Assembly (NCBI GenBank): GCA_000165425.1
Contig: CT868130.1
Coordinates: forward strand, 248,001-312,000
Direction: 5' to 3'
DNA: 64,000 nt
Source of the DNA: Paramecium tetraurelia
Taxonomy: Eukaryota
Position 1 is the first letter of the stretch. Every line of letters starts with the position of its first letter. Both the position numbers and the translations under genes were made by a program. Positions 1 to 12,664 of the stretch are shown piece by piece. The notes beneath the pieces were generated by a model, which ran no database searches, was not told where the DNA came from, and was given only the letters and a program-made list of their open reading frames with translations.

Positions 1-1365
1 TGTAAGAGTTCAGTTCTCATAATTCAAATCAGAGGCAGAAAAAGCAAAATTTTATTAAAAACAAACATAATTGATAGCTAATAAATTAATCCAAAAGATT
101 AAATAAAATGAATAAATCATTGGTGCAAAGATTTCAGCATAAGAAAATCTAAGATTGGAGACACACGATTTCCATGATAAACTAATCCAAATCAAGTAAC
201 TATCCTTGCAATTACAGCAAGAAATAGAAGAAATGAAAGACCCTAAATCATCATATAATATGTAGGTGAGTTAGTCTCGTAAGTCTTTAGTCAACTAATT
301 TATGAGTAAGCAAAACAAAGAAAAGGAATTACAACAAGATTTGCACATCCTAAAAGAGAGTCGCATAGCTTATATACACAAAATTTTGTTCAATAAAAAA
401 ACATTAGAATAAATAGATTCAGATCTACAAACCAAAAAAAAGGAAAATAAAAATATATAGAAGTGTCTCATCAATTTCTACTTCTAAATTTTAAAAAATG
501 CTTAAGATGTTAGGAATACAGGAATAGCCTGGGTAATATCAAGACTAAATGCTCTTAATGAGAAATTGAATTATTAACACTTCCCAGATTATTTAGATCA
601 AAAAGCGAAGGAATATTTACTACAAGTATATTTAATATTTAATCAAGAAAGCTTCTTTGTTGTAAGAAATTGAATAACTAGAGAAGGAACTAAGTGAATC
701 CTTTAAATAGTACAAATAAGAATAATCATTTGATAATAGCTTAGCAATCATTCAACAAAGCTTATCTCATAATGACTCTTTAGAAATCTCTTCTCTGCCC
801 TCTATATTTCCTTATGATAGCAATAAATTATCAGCCATTGACTTAACATAAGCAAGAATACAAGCAAGTAAAAGCAGTCGAAATAATTATCAACTTGACA
901 AATTAGGTCCTATAACTCTCGGTTTGAAAAATGAAGATCTTGAAAATTTAGAGAATATGTTAATAAGGTTAAACTAAAAAAATCTACCTGTGACTAATGG
1001 GACTCTAATTTATAGAGAAACTTAAAAAAGAATCAAACAATAAATAAAATAAGAATAAGGAGGATCTATTGAAGTTTCTCAAATTAATGATTCATCAACA
1101 GTTTTAAAAGAGCAAGCCATTCATTCTTATGATAAATGCAACACTCAATTAAACAAAATAAAAATAAAAGTATATCTAAAAATAAATTAAGTTATTGCAC
1201 TTAGATGATGAATAAGTTACTCGAATTGTAAAAGAATTTGACTATAAGAATTATAGTAAACGATTTAACATAGATCCAATAACAGTAATCTCATGTTTAG
1301 TGGGAGGATTAAGATGCGATAGAGAGATAATTAAATAGGGAATTAAGTAAACTCACTATGATTGA
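1..1365 (+). CDS. 5'-truncated coiled-coil hypothetical protein
   Basis: Open in code 6 from base 2 (VRVQFSQFKSEAEKAK...). Q/E/K-rich, includes GIAWVISRLN..HFPDYLDQKAKEYLL. Tiny introns near 625 and 1170; TGA at 1363-1365. Confidence 0.75.
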
Positions 1366-1587
1366 ACCAGAGTATTGATTATATCATTTTTTTAAATAAC
1401 TAATCTAAAAGAATATTAAATTAAAACTAAAGTTGTCTAGGCTTTATTCAATATATCATTCATTTCTCTATTCATAATAATTGAACCACCGTAATAAAGA
1501 TAAAAGAAATAATAATGAAACATTAAAGTAAAATAAGGTTCACATAATATATTAAAAAGGATTTATAATATGATAATTTTTTTAATT

Positions 1588-3434
1588 TCATTTATTCTTT
1601 AAAAATGTCTTTTTACTTAATAAGTATCCTCCTGTCAATATCAATGTCAAGAGTGTCACAATACTAGCTACATCAACAATGGATATGCCATTTTGCTTTT
1701 TCAACTATTAAATTTAATAGTCAGAATAACCGAAGGGACTAAATGATAATGAAATTAGGAGAATACTTTTGATGTAAGATATCATTAACTTTCTTGATTT
1801 GTTCCAAAAAAGGTTTATCATCATATGAAGAGATTGGGATAAGTTAAGCAGTTTAAAAGTGACAATTTTATTCAATAAGTAAAAAGTCTATAATGCTTAA
1901 TAGTCTTTTTTCAATTTGTTATTCAGCTTCCAATTCATCGTATAAACTAATAGCATATGTTTTACTGTGAATAGATGTTATAATGAGGGACTGATTTTCA
2001 AATTATTTCTCAAGTTAACCCTAAGAGATAAGCATGAATATACAACCTTCTTTCTGGTGACAATGGCAATATGAAACACTTTTCTATCAATAATCTTTTA
2101 AACAGAAGACCAAGAATCCTTTTTATTTTATTCCTTAAAGGTGTCCGATAATTTCATTTCAATTCCAATATAACACAACAACTTGTAGGCTTCTTTATAA
2201 TTAAAGAAGGAAAAGGCACTTGGATATCATGATTTGAATACTTCCACATTGCCAACCATTGAGTTAAAGTGATAACATTTTATTCCTAAGGATAATATTA
2301 ACTTAGATGAGGAAAATTAGTTCTATACATCACTGGGTAAAATATATCATCAAATTGTTTCTGATTTAGAGTATTGCCTTATTAAAACCTGGAATTGCAT
2401 CTGATTTCAAATATCTATTTCAATTTAGATAAGGCAATCTCACTCAATTCAACAGTTTGACCTGCATCTTAATCAAATATTAATCTAACTTCCATTTAAA
2501 TTCATACTCATTTGTGAAAATATTCTCATCCAAAGTCAAATCATCTTTGTATCTAAAAAAGCGTAGAATAGTCCAACAGATTTGAATCTTCATTAGTTCT
2601 ATCCCTCTTTTTTGCAATGCTATAAATCCTTCTAAAGTGATGACTTTTTTGTTTGAGTTATCATGCAATTCTTCTTCTATCATATCTTTTATTCCAGTAA
2701 TGTCACTATAATCTAATTATCTCTTAAACACCTTCTTTTAGAATTTTTCCAATTCTGCATCACTCCATACTCCATCCCCATCCCTGTCACAAATCCTAAA
2801 TATCCTAGTCAATGCCTTTTTAAATCCTTCTGTTAATGACTTCTCAGCAATACTGTAAATTGGAGCTAATGGATAGAGAAATGATCTTTAAGCACAATTT
2901 ATCACATCATAGATACCTTGTTGTTTTATGGATGAACATTCGATTCCCATTTCAACTGACTATATTAATTCAATTCAATACGTTGAAGTCCTTCACTAAT
3001 TGTTTGATTACTTTGAAGATCCTATGATAATCTCGATCTTCTTCCAAACCCAATAAATCAAGCTTATTTCCAACTATTATTACAGGTTGTTTGTATCCTT
3101 GTTCTCTTAATTCCTTGAGCCAAAATCTTTTCAATCTTTCACTTGATCCATCATCATCAATCGAATACATTAGGAGAATCACATCAGCTATCTAAATCTC
3201 TTGAGGTAATTAATGTGGAGCACATTTTGTATCGATTAGAGTAGTTATGCATTCAGGGTGATTAAGTATATCAGGAGGTAAATTGATCGGTTGATGTTTA
3301 TCTAAAACAAGGGCTTTGTTTGAAATTTAATTTATTAAAGCTGAAACAAAAGATGATTTCCCGACACCACCTAATACTAATCAAAATTGCTTACTGTCTC
3401 CTATTAATACAAGTTTGAGATCTCTCTTTTTCAT
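1588..3434 (-). CDS. MIRO: Mitochondrial Rho GTPase (Miro/Gem1)
   Basis: MKKRDLKLVLIGDSGVGKSS P-loop, IIVGNKLDL, EF-hand CDRDGDGVWSDAEL, ITLEGFI..WTILRFFRYKDDLTL, C-terminal TM anchor SIVTLLTLILTGGYLLSKK. Several ~23-28 nt introns. Confidence 0.93.
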
Positions 3435-3891
3435 TATGAAATATAAATATAATTAAGAATTTACAATTATTAATGTCCGAATAAATTTGTATTTGTGGTG
3501 CTCAATATTCAGAATATAAACACAGTTATTACATATTTATATTATATCTCTCAATTATAAAATATAACCAAATTATAAATTACTTTATAATCACTAAAAC
3601 TATTAAGAAATCCCTTAGACTTAGTGAGTGATCACGAGGATTAGATATCTGCACCTCATAAAAATGTTCCATGTTCCACTTTTTATATAATATATTAAAT
3701 ATTATTATAAAAGTAGTCAAATAAATAAAATAGATAATCATTTAATCAATCAAAATTTTCACAAATTCAGAATCTGAAAATTTATTAATTGAAATTAATA
3801 AATATATTCAATTAAAGTTTTGAGTATTTTGAATTTAATTAAGTTTCACTTATTAATCACATATTTTGATTAGGAATTTCGCTGAATTTCA

Positions 3892-4921
3892 TGAGACTCT
3901 ATTTTGGGAAAGACATAAATTATGTTTAACTATATGAGAGTAAAAATAGAATCAATAAGTAAATCATAACAATTACTGTTAACCTAACTTTAGAAAGTAA
4001 TGAAGATTCTTAACCTATGTAGATCTTCATCTGCTTTTTAATTGCCTCAATTAAAGCATTAAAAATTTCAGAATACAAGTCCTAAATATAAGATTAAAGT
4101 TTGCACTCCAAAATAATATAAATTACTCAATTTGTTAATAAGTCAATGTGTTCAAGCACATGTGTCTCTACATATATAATTAAAATAAATCGAATGCAAA
4201 TTTGAGGATGATATTCGAAATTATTTTAATTTGATAAAGCAATAATTTAGTTCAAGTATTTTCTCTAAAACGTAATCTTACAAATAAAATTGAGATTTCT
4301 GCTAATAGAATACATCATACTTTAAATATTGTAAAACCTTTATAGGATATATTAACAGTGTATCAATAAAGATTATTTATCTTTCATTGTCGGTAAAGAG
4401 ATGAAAAAAATTCTGGATTATTATTTTAAAATAATTCCCTGTTAAATCTTAAGCTTCAAATAAAAGATAAGATTTTCTTAGAAACTCTCTTTGGCCTACA
4501 AATATGTAAGTAATAATAGATTGAATATATACCTTCAGCGTAATCAAAAAGATTGAAAAAAAAATGACTAAAGCTTATTGATAATTTCTATAGATGATAA
4601 ATATTAAGACAAAATATTCATAAATGAATAAATTAGTTATCTGAGCATAATACAAAAATGAATTAATTAAATGAGCCAATTTATAAAGGCCACAAAATAG
4701 TTTGGTTGGTTTTAATTGCTGATTAGATATGTAAGAACATAGAAAAACTGAAAGATAGCAGTATATGAAAGCTACAAATAGTGGCTTTGATAGATGTTAA
4801 AAAGGATGATGAGAATGCAAAAGTGAGAAGCATATCCAATGGGTCATAAATAAATTTGTAAGTATTATTTGATCTAAATAAAAATAATGGCCAAATTTGT
4901 CATTAATAATGTATAAAGTGA
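3892..4921 (+). pseudogene. Possible degenerate gene remnant of unknown family
   Basis: Coding-like stretches in code 6 (MRLYFGKDINYVQLYES...; ...KLQIVALIDVKKDDENAKVRSIS...CHQQCIK*) broken by in-frame TGA (~4202, ~4765) and frame changes not explained by introns. Confidence 0.3.
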
Positions 4922-5216
4922 ATTTTTCTTATTTTTAAGCAAACCCCACAATTTACAATATTCAATTACATTATCCACTTAATGAATTAAATATTTGAAG
5001 AATAAAAAAAGTTATTATGGATGAATAAATCTAAAAGGCTTGTTAGTAAAGGATTAATGAGAGTTGATATTTATTATCAATTATAAAATTCATGAAACAA
5101 AATTGAATCGCCCAAATCCAGGTGCCAAATGTAATAGAGCCTTGTCTACTTCTAGAATAATAAGCAAATTTAATAAAATTAACAAAATTACTTGCTATAT
5201 TATTTCAATTATTTAA

Positions 5217-5690
5217 ATGGGAAATGTTTGCTAAACTATACCAGTCAAGCTCGCACTAATTACCGAGGTTAGTGATGAACAAGAAGGACACCAAACTATT
5301 ATGACTACTAGCAATAGAGCAATATTTAATGAACTCTATAAGCAAGAAAAATTTGAACCAAAGTCTACAATACAACCTCAACCTTAAATGACATCGCAAC
5401 AATGCATATTTTTAGATTTAGTTGAGACAAGCCATTATGCTTCTTAAACCGTAGGAAACCAAAGAAAACGAAGTTTTATAATAGAGAACTCACCCAAATA
5501 TGACCAAGGAAGCAGAACTACATCCGAAAATATTGGACCTAAAAATATGAACCTTCTTAAGAATCCTATAAAGCCATCATTGAAATCACTAAGCTCTAAA
5601 TAAGGAAGCCCATAAAAAAGGAAAAAATCAGTAAGGTGGGAAAGTGACTTAAGTGTCCTAGGTATTACAAGCAATACTAGAATGAATTGA
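5217..5690 (+). CDS. 157-aa putative N-myristoylated/palmitoylated protein with RVxF-type (KSVRW) motif
   Basis: Intronless ORF MGNVCQTIPVK...KRKKSVRWESDLSVLGITSNTRMN*, 474 nt. Confidence 0.8.
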
Positions 5691-6269
5691 TATAAATTTA
5701 TTATTTGTTTTTTAACAAATTGTAAATAGAAAGGTTTAAGTACAAATAAAATTTTAAGGATTTAAGAATTTTTCAATACATTAAATGGAGGCCCGAATAT
5801 TATTTTTATATTAAAAGACAAACTATGAGACTTGCCTAAAGTAGAATATAATGATCATATCTTTGAACATACAATTTTTATTACAAATTTTATAATCTAT
5901 TTTTAATTATTTTGAAAATATTTTTGAGTCATAAGTGTGCAACACCAATTTATAGGTTGACTCTAAATCAAATGAGTAAAATGTTTATTTCAAATTTCTC
6001 ATTTTGAGCAACCATATATATCTAAATTATTCTGTAAGGATTTCTTTTTAAGAGAAGCGTTTATTAATTAAATTTGGAGTAGGCAGATTGAATTATTTTA
6101 TAAAATAACAATCACTTTATTTATTTTTATTGTTAAATTCAATTCTAGACCTAATTAATAGAATACTTCATTTAGCAAATCTCTTTTATTGAACTTCAAT
6201 TCTTATATTTTTTATAATTATTCAAAAAGTATATAAACCATTAGGATCTATTTAATATTAAATATATTG

Positions 6270-7404
6270 ATGAAAAATCCAAAAGTAGATGCTTTATTTA
6301 AGCCATTATAACTTGGAGATATTTAAATTGAAAATAGAATAATTATGTCGTCTTTAACTAGAATGAGATGTGATAAAGTAACAAAGTCTCCAAATGATTT
6401 GGTGGTCGAATTTTATACTTAAAGAGCCACTGCAGGACTTATTATGACAGAGAGTACATTTATAAGTGAGAGATCTTAGAGTTGGCCTGGGTGTCCTGGA
6501 ATAATGGATTAAGTTTAAGTAGAAGGTTGGAAGAAAGTCATATAATCAGTTCATAATAAAAAAGGGAAAATAGTATTATAAATTTGGCATAGTGGACGTG
6601 CTACTCATTCATAATTATAAGATGGTCTTCAACCTTGGGGACCATCTGCGATAGAAATCAATGGCCCGCATTAGATTTTAAATATTCCGCATGAAATTCC
6701 TCATGAAATGAATTTAGAAGAAATTTAATTAGTTAAAAACCAATTCAGAAAAGGAGCATAGTTAGCTAAAGAAGCAGGTTTTGATGGGATATCACTACAT
6801 GGATCTAATGGTTATTTGATTGATTAGTTTTTAAAGAGCAATAGTAATAAAAGATAAGATGAATATGGAGGATCCATTGAAGGTAGATGCAAGTTTTGTT
6901 TGGAAGTGATTGACGAACTGATATCAGTATTTGGGAAGGGAAGAGTGGGTATCAAGGTATCTCCAATTGGGAGATTCAATGATATGTATGATAATGATCC
7001 AATTAAACTTTTCATTTATCTATTTTAAGAATTAGATAAAAGACAAATCGCATTTATAGAACTAATGAATGACAAGGATGAGGAAAATGCTTACAATCAT
7101 GGTTTACCTTCATCATAATCTTAAACTCAAAATTTATTTGAGCAATTAAGAAATTCCTTCAAAGGTGTAATAATAGGGAATGTTGGCTTAACAGGGGAAA
7201 CAGCTTCTCAATTGATTGAAGCTGGAATAATCGATGCTGCAAGCTTTGGAATGTCTTATATATCTAGTAAATATTCTTTTGATTTTAGATCCTGATTTAG
7301 TGGAGAGAATTAGATATAATTTTCCTTTGACTGTAGCCAATCCAGATACATTCTTTGAAGGAGATCAAGTTGGTTATATTGATTATCTCCCATATTAATA
7401 ATGA
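6270..7404 (+). CDS. NADH:flavin oxidoreductase, old yellow enzyme (OYE/NemA/OPR) family
   Basis: LFKPLQLGDIQIENRIIMSSLTRMR, YTQRATAGLIMTE, QIWHSGR, AGFDGISLHGSNGYLIDQFL, DEYGGSIEGRCKF, SNPDLVERI, GYIDY. One 22-nt intron at 7267-7288. Confidence 0.95.
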
Positions 7405-7442
7405 TAAAGTCGAATTATAGAGTATTTTCTAAATTACAATTT

Positions 7443-8637
7443 TCATATTAATGATATAAAAAATATAAATATCAGCATTAAAATTGAAGAATCTAAAGTC
7501 TTTATTCTTGAAGCCAATATTGGCTTTCTGATGATTCCACTATTTGGACTTTCTGCTTGAGGGTACTTAAGGTTTAGTCAAAAAAATTACCAAAAATCCA
7601 ACAACATTAACGAAATAATCTTTCCCAATATTTAAATTGGATATTCTATAATTAACAACTATATTCTATTAAATGCTTGTGAGATCACTGATTACTAATT
7701 TGGAAGATGCTTAAACAAAGAATTCTGAGACATCAATTGACACCCCTAATTCTGTGACTCCAATTGCAATGATCCCATCCACATTAGTAATTGAAATATC
7801 AGCATTAAGTGTTGATTGAGCAAAGCTAAGAGTTATAGACAATTCAGGAACAATTAGGATCTTACTTGTATCTACTAGTTTAGGCTACAAAGTTGAAGAT
7901 AAGGATAGACTGCTGCTTTATAAAAAGATAGTTGTGAGTTCTTATTCTCCAAGCAAAGTCAATTCATCAGGTAATATGTCAACTAAATTGGTGTAATCAG
8001 TTAGAAAGTATAAAAATAATGGGTAGGGTTTAATTTTAGAATATGATTTTTCTATAGCAACTTGTGTAGAAGTATTTTGATCGGTTGTTACATTATTATT
8101 GTTAGTGTTTGTAGCATCTGAACATACTGACCAATCTCCTATGATAATTCTGGTAGTTTATGAAGGATATTTGTACTAAGCTTAACAGACAATGCTTTAA
8201 CTTTGTTTTGCAGTTGGTTCACTATCAAAATATAGTTTTAAAATCATTGCTTTAGAATTATTATCTGTAGTAGCTATCATATCTCGAGTTAAAGGATAAC
8301 TTAAGTAGGAGTATATACCAGTCGAGTCATAGCTCAGACAATAGATATCTACATTGTAAAATGAATTTAATTTAACAATAACTGTAATTTCTAAGTTTAA
8401 AGCAGATTCCTTATATCCATAATTTTCATAGCTTGATTGTTTATTCATTCTTATTTTTATTTCTTAAAATGTAGGTCTGATTCCATTATTTAAATATATG
8501 GCATAATAGATATCACTTATTTGATTGCAAGAAGCTGAAACTTTAAGTGTATTTTGCGAATTAGTTGTGATGAGACTATTAACAATAGGATAATTGTTCT
8601 GTGCCAATACAAAATTGAACAAGTATATTAATATCAT
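7443..8637 (-). CDS. Putative secreted, GPI-anchored surface protein
   Basis: Signal peptide MILIYLFNFVLA|QNN; C-terminus DSSILMLIFIFFISLI* with no cytosolic tail; one intron near 7567-7591. Alternative in-frame ATG at 8658. Confidence 0.7.
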
Positions 8638-8654
8638 AAAAAATTTAAAAATAA

Positions 8655-11165
8655 TCATTTTTTTTCTGAAGGAACAGACTATTGTTTGTTTCGCTCTTGT
8701 TGTTCACAAATGGCTAAGTGAATTTTCCAATTCAGACCTATGTTCTTGTAACATAATGGACAAGTGTCACCTGTTGAAGTATTACATACTTTTTTATTCA
8801 AATGTTCAGACATCTGGTTTTCTAAGACAGCACATCCACAACTACAACATTCTTAATAATAAATTACGTTTCACATTATCGATAGTTTTTAGCAAATTCG
8901 CATTCTTCAAAATGATGATTAGTTAATTGAGAGACTTCAACCACCTATGCACATGATAAACAAGTTGTGAGCATAACACATTCTTTCCATAAATGCATAT
9001 CGAGCTTTTAACTTTGAATAAATTCCTTATTCTCGATTCCACAAAATTCACAAGCCTGTGTTATTTATTAAAAGACTTAATCGGGGTTATTTTGTTATTA
9101 TTTCTTCTTTGGTTATGGTTTCTTTTCTTATTCAAAGGAGGTTTGAACATTCCCTCCGTTGTCTATTTTATAAAACAATTCATCCAGAATTTACTATTGT
9201 GCAGGTCTAATTCCTTTTATGCTTTCTCTCACTTTATCTCCTTAATTTTTATAAACTTCTGTTATTATATAAATTGCACAAGTTCTAACTTATTCAGCAG
9301 AGTGATCTAAATATTTGATTGCAACATCCATTACAGGATTATAAGGAACTCTTTCATTATTAATTTTATATTTTTAGATTAAATTGTAAATGAGCATTAA
9401 TCTGGCTTAAATGTGTCTGATTGATGATAATTATAGATTTGGTTTTGTTGTTATCCCTTTCACTAAATGGTTGATCACTCCAGCACTTCCCATAATCTAT
9501 GTTTCAGCTAGAGTCAATAGAATCTTTTTGCATTCTTCTTTATGTCTCTCATTGATATCACCCATTTTCTCCATGAGAATCTAATGTTATGAAGATACAT
9601 ACCAATACGATATTATCCAATATTATAGGGCTTTCGTCATTTAATTTGTTTGGCTTCAATTTCAGAAGGGTTTATTACATTAATTAAAGACTTGCATACA
9701 CTACTTTGTCTGCTTTATCTTAAATGCCTTTGTAGATCAATAATAAAGTAGCTTAAAAGGCTCCATCAATATTGGATAAATTGATTTAAGTTGGATTGTT
9801 AAATTGTTCAATCAACCAACGAATGCCTTCTTCTCTACGAGCCCAATTCTTAGAGAAATAGTTCTTGCAAAAATCCATTCCATAATATGGTTTGATAGCT
9901 TCAACCTATTTCTAATTTTCAGAACTCAACTCTTCAATTTGTTATTTACTTTTATCTACTTCTGAGTACTCTTCCAAAATCTAAGTATTATTATTTTATT
10001 TGTTTTTTAAAGCTGGAATTACCATCTCATCATAATTTAACATTTTTTCATTTTTAAGTTATTAATCAAAAGAAGTAGGTTATTAATAACTTGTATTTAC
10101 ATTCTCATTTTAATTATTTGTAATATGAGTTATGTTATTGTTATTATTCAATTATTCAATTAAATATGTTTATTCCTCTTGAGGCATTTTATCGAAACTA
10201 TCCTCAATTATCTTATTGTTATCTATTTATTTGATTGATGGTTTTGAATTTCTCCTATCCTCATAGTTATCTGCCTATTCACCCAATTCTTATTGCCTGA
10301 TCTTTTCGATATTGGGTTTATATTCATTTCCTTGTTCATCTACTAGTCCATTCTCAATTTTCAATTTATAAATTTCTTCTTTGATAGCTTCTGCCTAGTC
10401 ATAATCCTCATTTTATAACACTTCCTTTTTCCTCTCCTCCAAATCTCTCAATTAGACTCCCAATGATCTTAGTTGAGTAATTCTGTTTTTGAGTTTTTTG
10501 GCTTCTTAATAGTTTTCCTACTTGATTGCATAATCTTTGGACTCTCATATTAAGGAATACTTTACATGTTCAAGTGCAATAATGTGCGCCAACAATTTAG
10601 TGTCAATCAATTTATCTTATTGTGGATTGTATAATTCATCCAAGACCTTATCTTAGACCTTACTTATCTTTTTTGGTGGAGGGAGTTCTGCCTTCTCTCC
10701 ATAAATTCTGATCGCAACAATACCAACTTGATTAAATGGATTAAACTTATTTTCATGATTGCGATGCACCAATAGTTTTAGATAGTTGCAATTAGATTCA
10801 TCGATTGATACTGTTTTCAGCTCTCTGGCTTACCAATTTGATTGTTCGTTGGAATGAAATGTGAAATAGCCAATCTTTTTAAAACTTGCATTTTCTAAAT
10901 CCATTCTCCCCTACAGTCTTCCAATGAAAACCTCTATCTTTGTAGGTATTTTCTTCTCGTGAGATAGAATTTGCATTTTATGAACGGTTATGGCAGATTA
11001 GAATTGCAATATCAACTCTTACGGATATTAGCAAAACCTACAGCTCTGCCAACCCAACGGTGTCGATGATATTTCCAATAAATTCGATGGGGGAAACTAT
11101 GGATCTTAACTTTAAGAGTAGGGTATTGTAAAGGTTATAAATCTAGTATTTTTTGGTTAATTCAT
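8655..11165 (-). CDS. CEP104: Centrosomal/ciliary tip protein CEP104 (FAP256)
   Basis: N-terminal jelly-roll motifs GWQSCRFCQYPQELIL, QILSHEKKIPTKIE, SNWQARELKTV, NPFNQVGIVAI; coiled coil; HEAT/TOG-like region; C-terminal zinc fingers (CEFCG..LDMHLWKECVMLTTCLSC..HHFEEC). Confidence 0.9.
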
Positions 11166-11182
11166 TTAATAATTAATTATAT

Positions 11183-12613
11183 TCAATATGAATTAAACAC
11201 TTTTTTGTTCCTTATTGCTTCCAGATCCTCTTCCTCTAATTATTTCTTCTGCAATTAGCAATAACGGGGTAATATCTAAGTAAAATGATAAAGCTCCGAT
11301 TTCCTTATTATCTGTTTCATGCAAATCTCATCTCTCAACACCCTAATTACCCTATTACCTCGGAGTGTAGACACAATAAAATCACACCAACATAATTCAG
11401 TAATCAGCAAATATACTTACACTTAATAATAATATTAATGATTCCTTTTCAATTAATGAACATTGTTCTGATCCATGACTATATAATCTAATAAGAAATT
11501 CTCATCTTGATTCATATTAAGTTCCTTCTTTATAAAGGGAGACTTCACTTCTAACAACCCTATTAAATTATTACTCAGATCATAAACTAAAGCATCAGGC
11601 TTTCCACATAAGTATGGATAGGATATGTTAAATAGAACATCTGTTTATTTTAGTTCAATATCAGGATGCTAATTAGCATATTCATTTAAAGCTATTTTTT
11701 CATGTTCTTCGCCATGCTTTTAGGCACTAATTGAGGGTTAACTCTTTTTTTGATAACTCTCTTATTAGCATATGGAATGAATCTAAGTGGCAGTTAATCT
11801 AAGCCCAGATTGATTTTTTTATTGATAATTTTGTATTTCTATACATTATTTATCAATTTACTTTCCTTCTACAAGTAATTTGTTAAGAAAAAAATCCTCA
11901 ATTTATTAAATGTCTTCTTCAGGTAATTTCTTTTTATTTACTAAATGAGTCTAATGAAATGATTTTAAAGTAGTATAACAATCTTATTTGTCTGGCTTCT
12001 GAATATCATATTTATTATATATTTCTTATTTTTTTATAGATATTCGTTGAATATTCTCAATAGACACTTAAAAGAATGTTTCAAATAATTATTTTATCTA
12101 GTCGCTAACTTCGTCATTCAAATCTAATTTATTTTTCATGATTTTTCTCATGGTTTTTACATTTTATTTGTTTGTAGAATAAAAATCATTAATATTTATC
12201 ATTATATGATTCTAAAGATTTTAAAAGAAGTTAGTTATAAATACATCTCTGTACTTAGATCTCTTAAGTTGTTTCATAATATACTTAGGAATTATGATTT
12301 CTTCACTCATTCTATGTACAAATATCTAATCTAATGAAAGACTACATAATATCTCTTACTCATCTTTAGGTTGTATATTTGATAACATTTCTTTGAGTTT
12401 CTGAGTCACACTTGTGAGAAACTCTTGTTTATATGAGGATAGAGTATTTAATTCAATCAATTCGAATTCTGTGCATTCTATTTTTGCTGAGCCGTCATAT
12501 ATATATATAAATGATAAATGCTTATCTTTATCCAAGGAGTAGAAACAATACTCTTATAAATTAATCTGATCTATTTCCTTGAATATTAAATATTATTTGC
12601 ACAGGTTGTCCAT
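11183..12613 (-). CDS. 476-aa protein with C-terminal YqaJ / lambda-exonuclease-like (PD-(D/E)xK) domain
   Basis: Single intronless ORF of 1431 nt in code 6. Motifs RLTAT, KHGEEHEKIAL, PYLCGKPDALV, GLLEVKSP, LKRNHQYYYQVQ, WCDFIV, RVLRDE, ILPRY occur in YqaJ order. Confidence 0.88.
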
Positions 12614-12664
12614 TTATATTAAAATTATCTATTATTATAATTCTATTAATTCGATAATTCTTAA

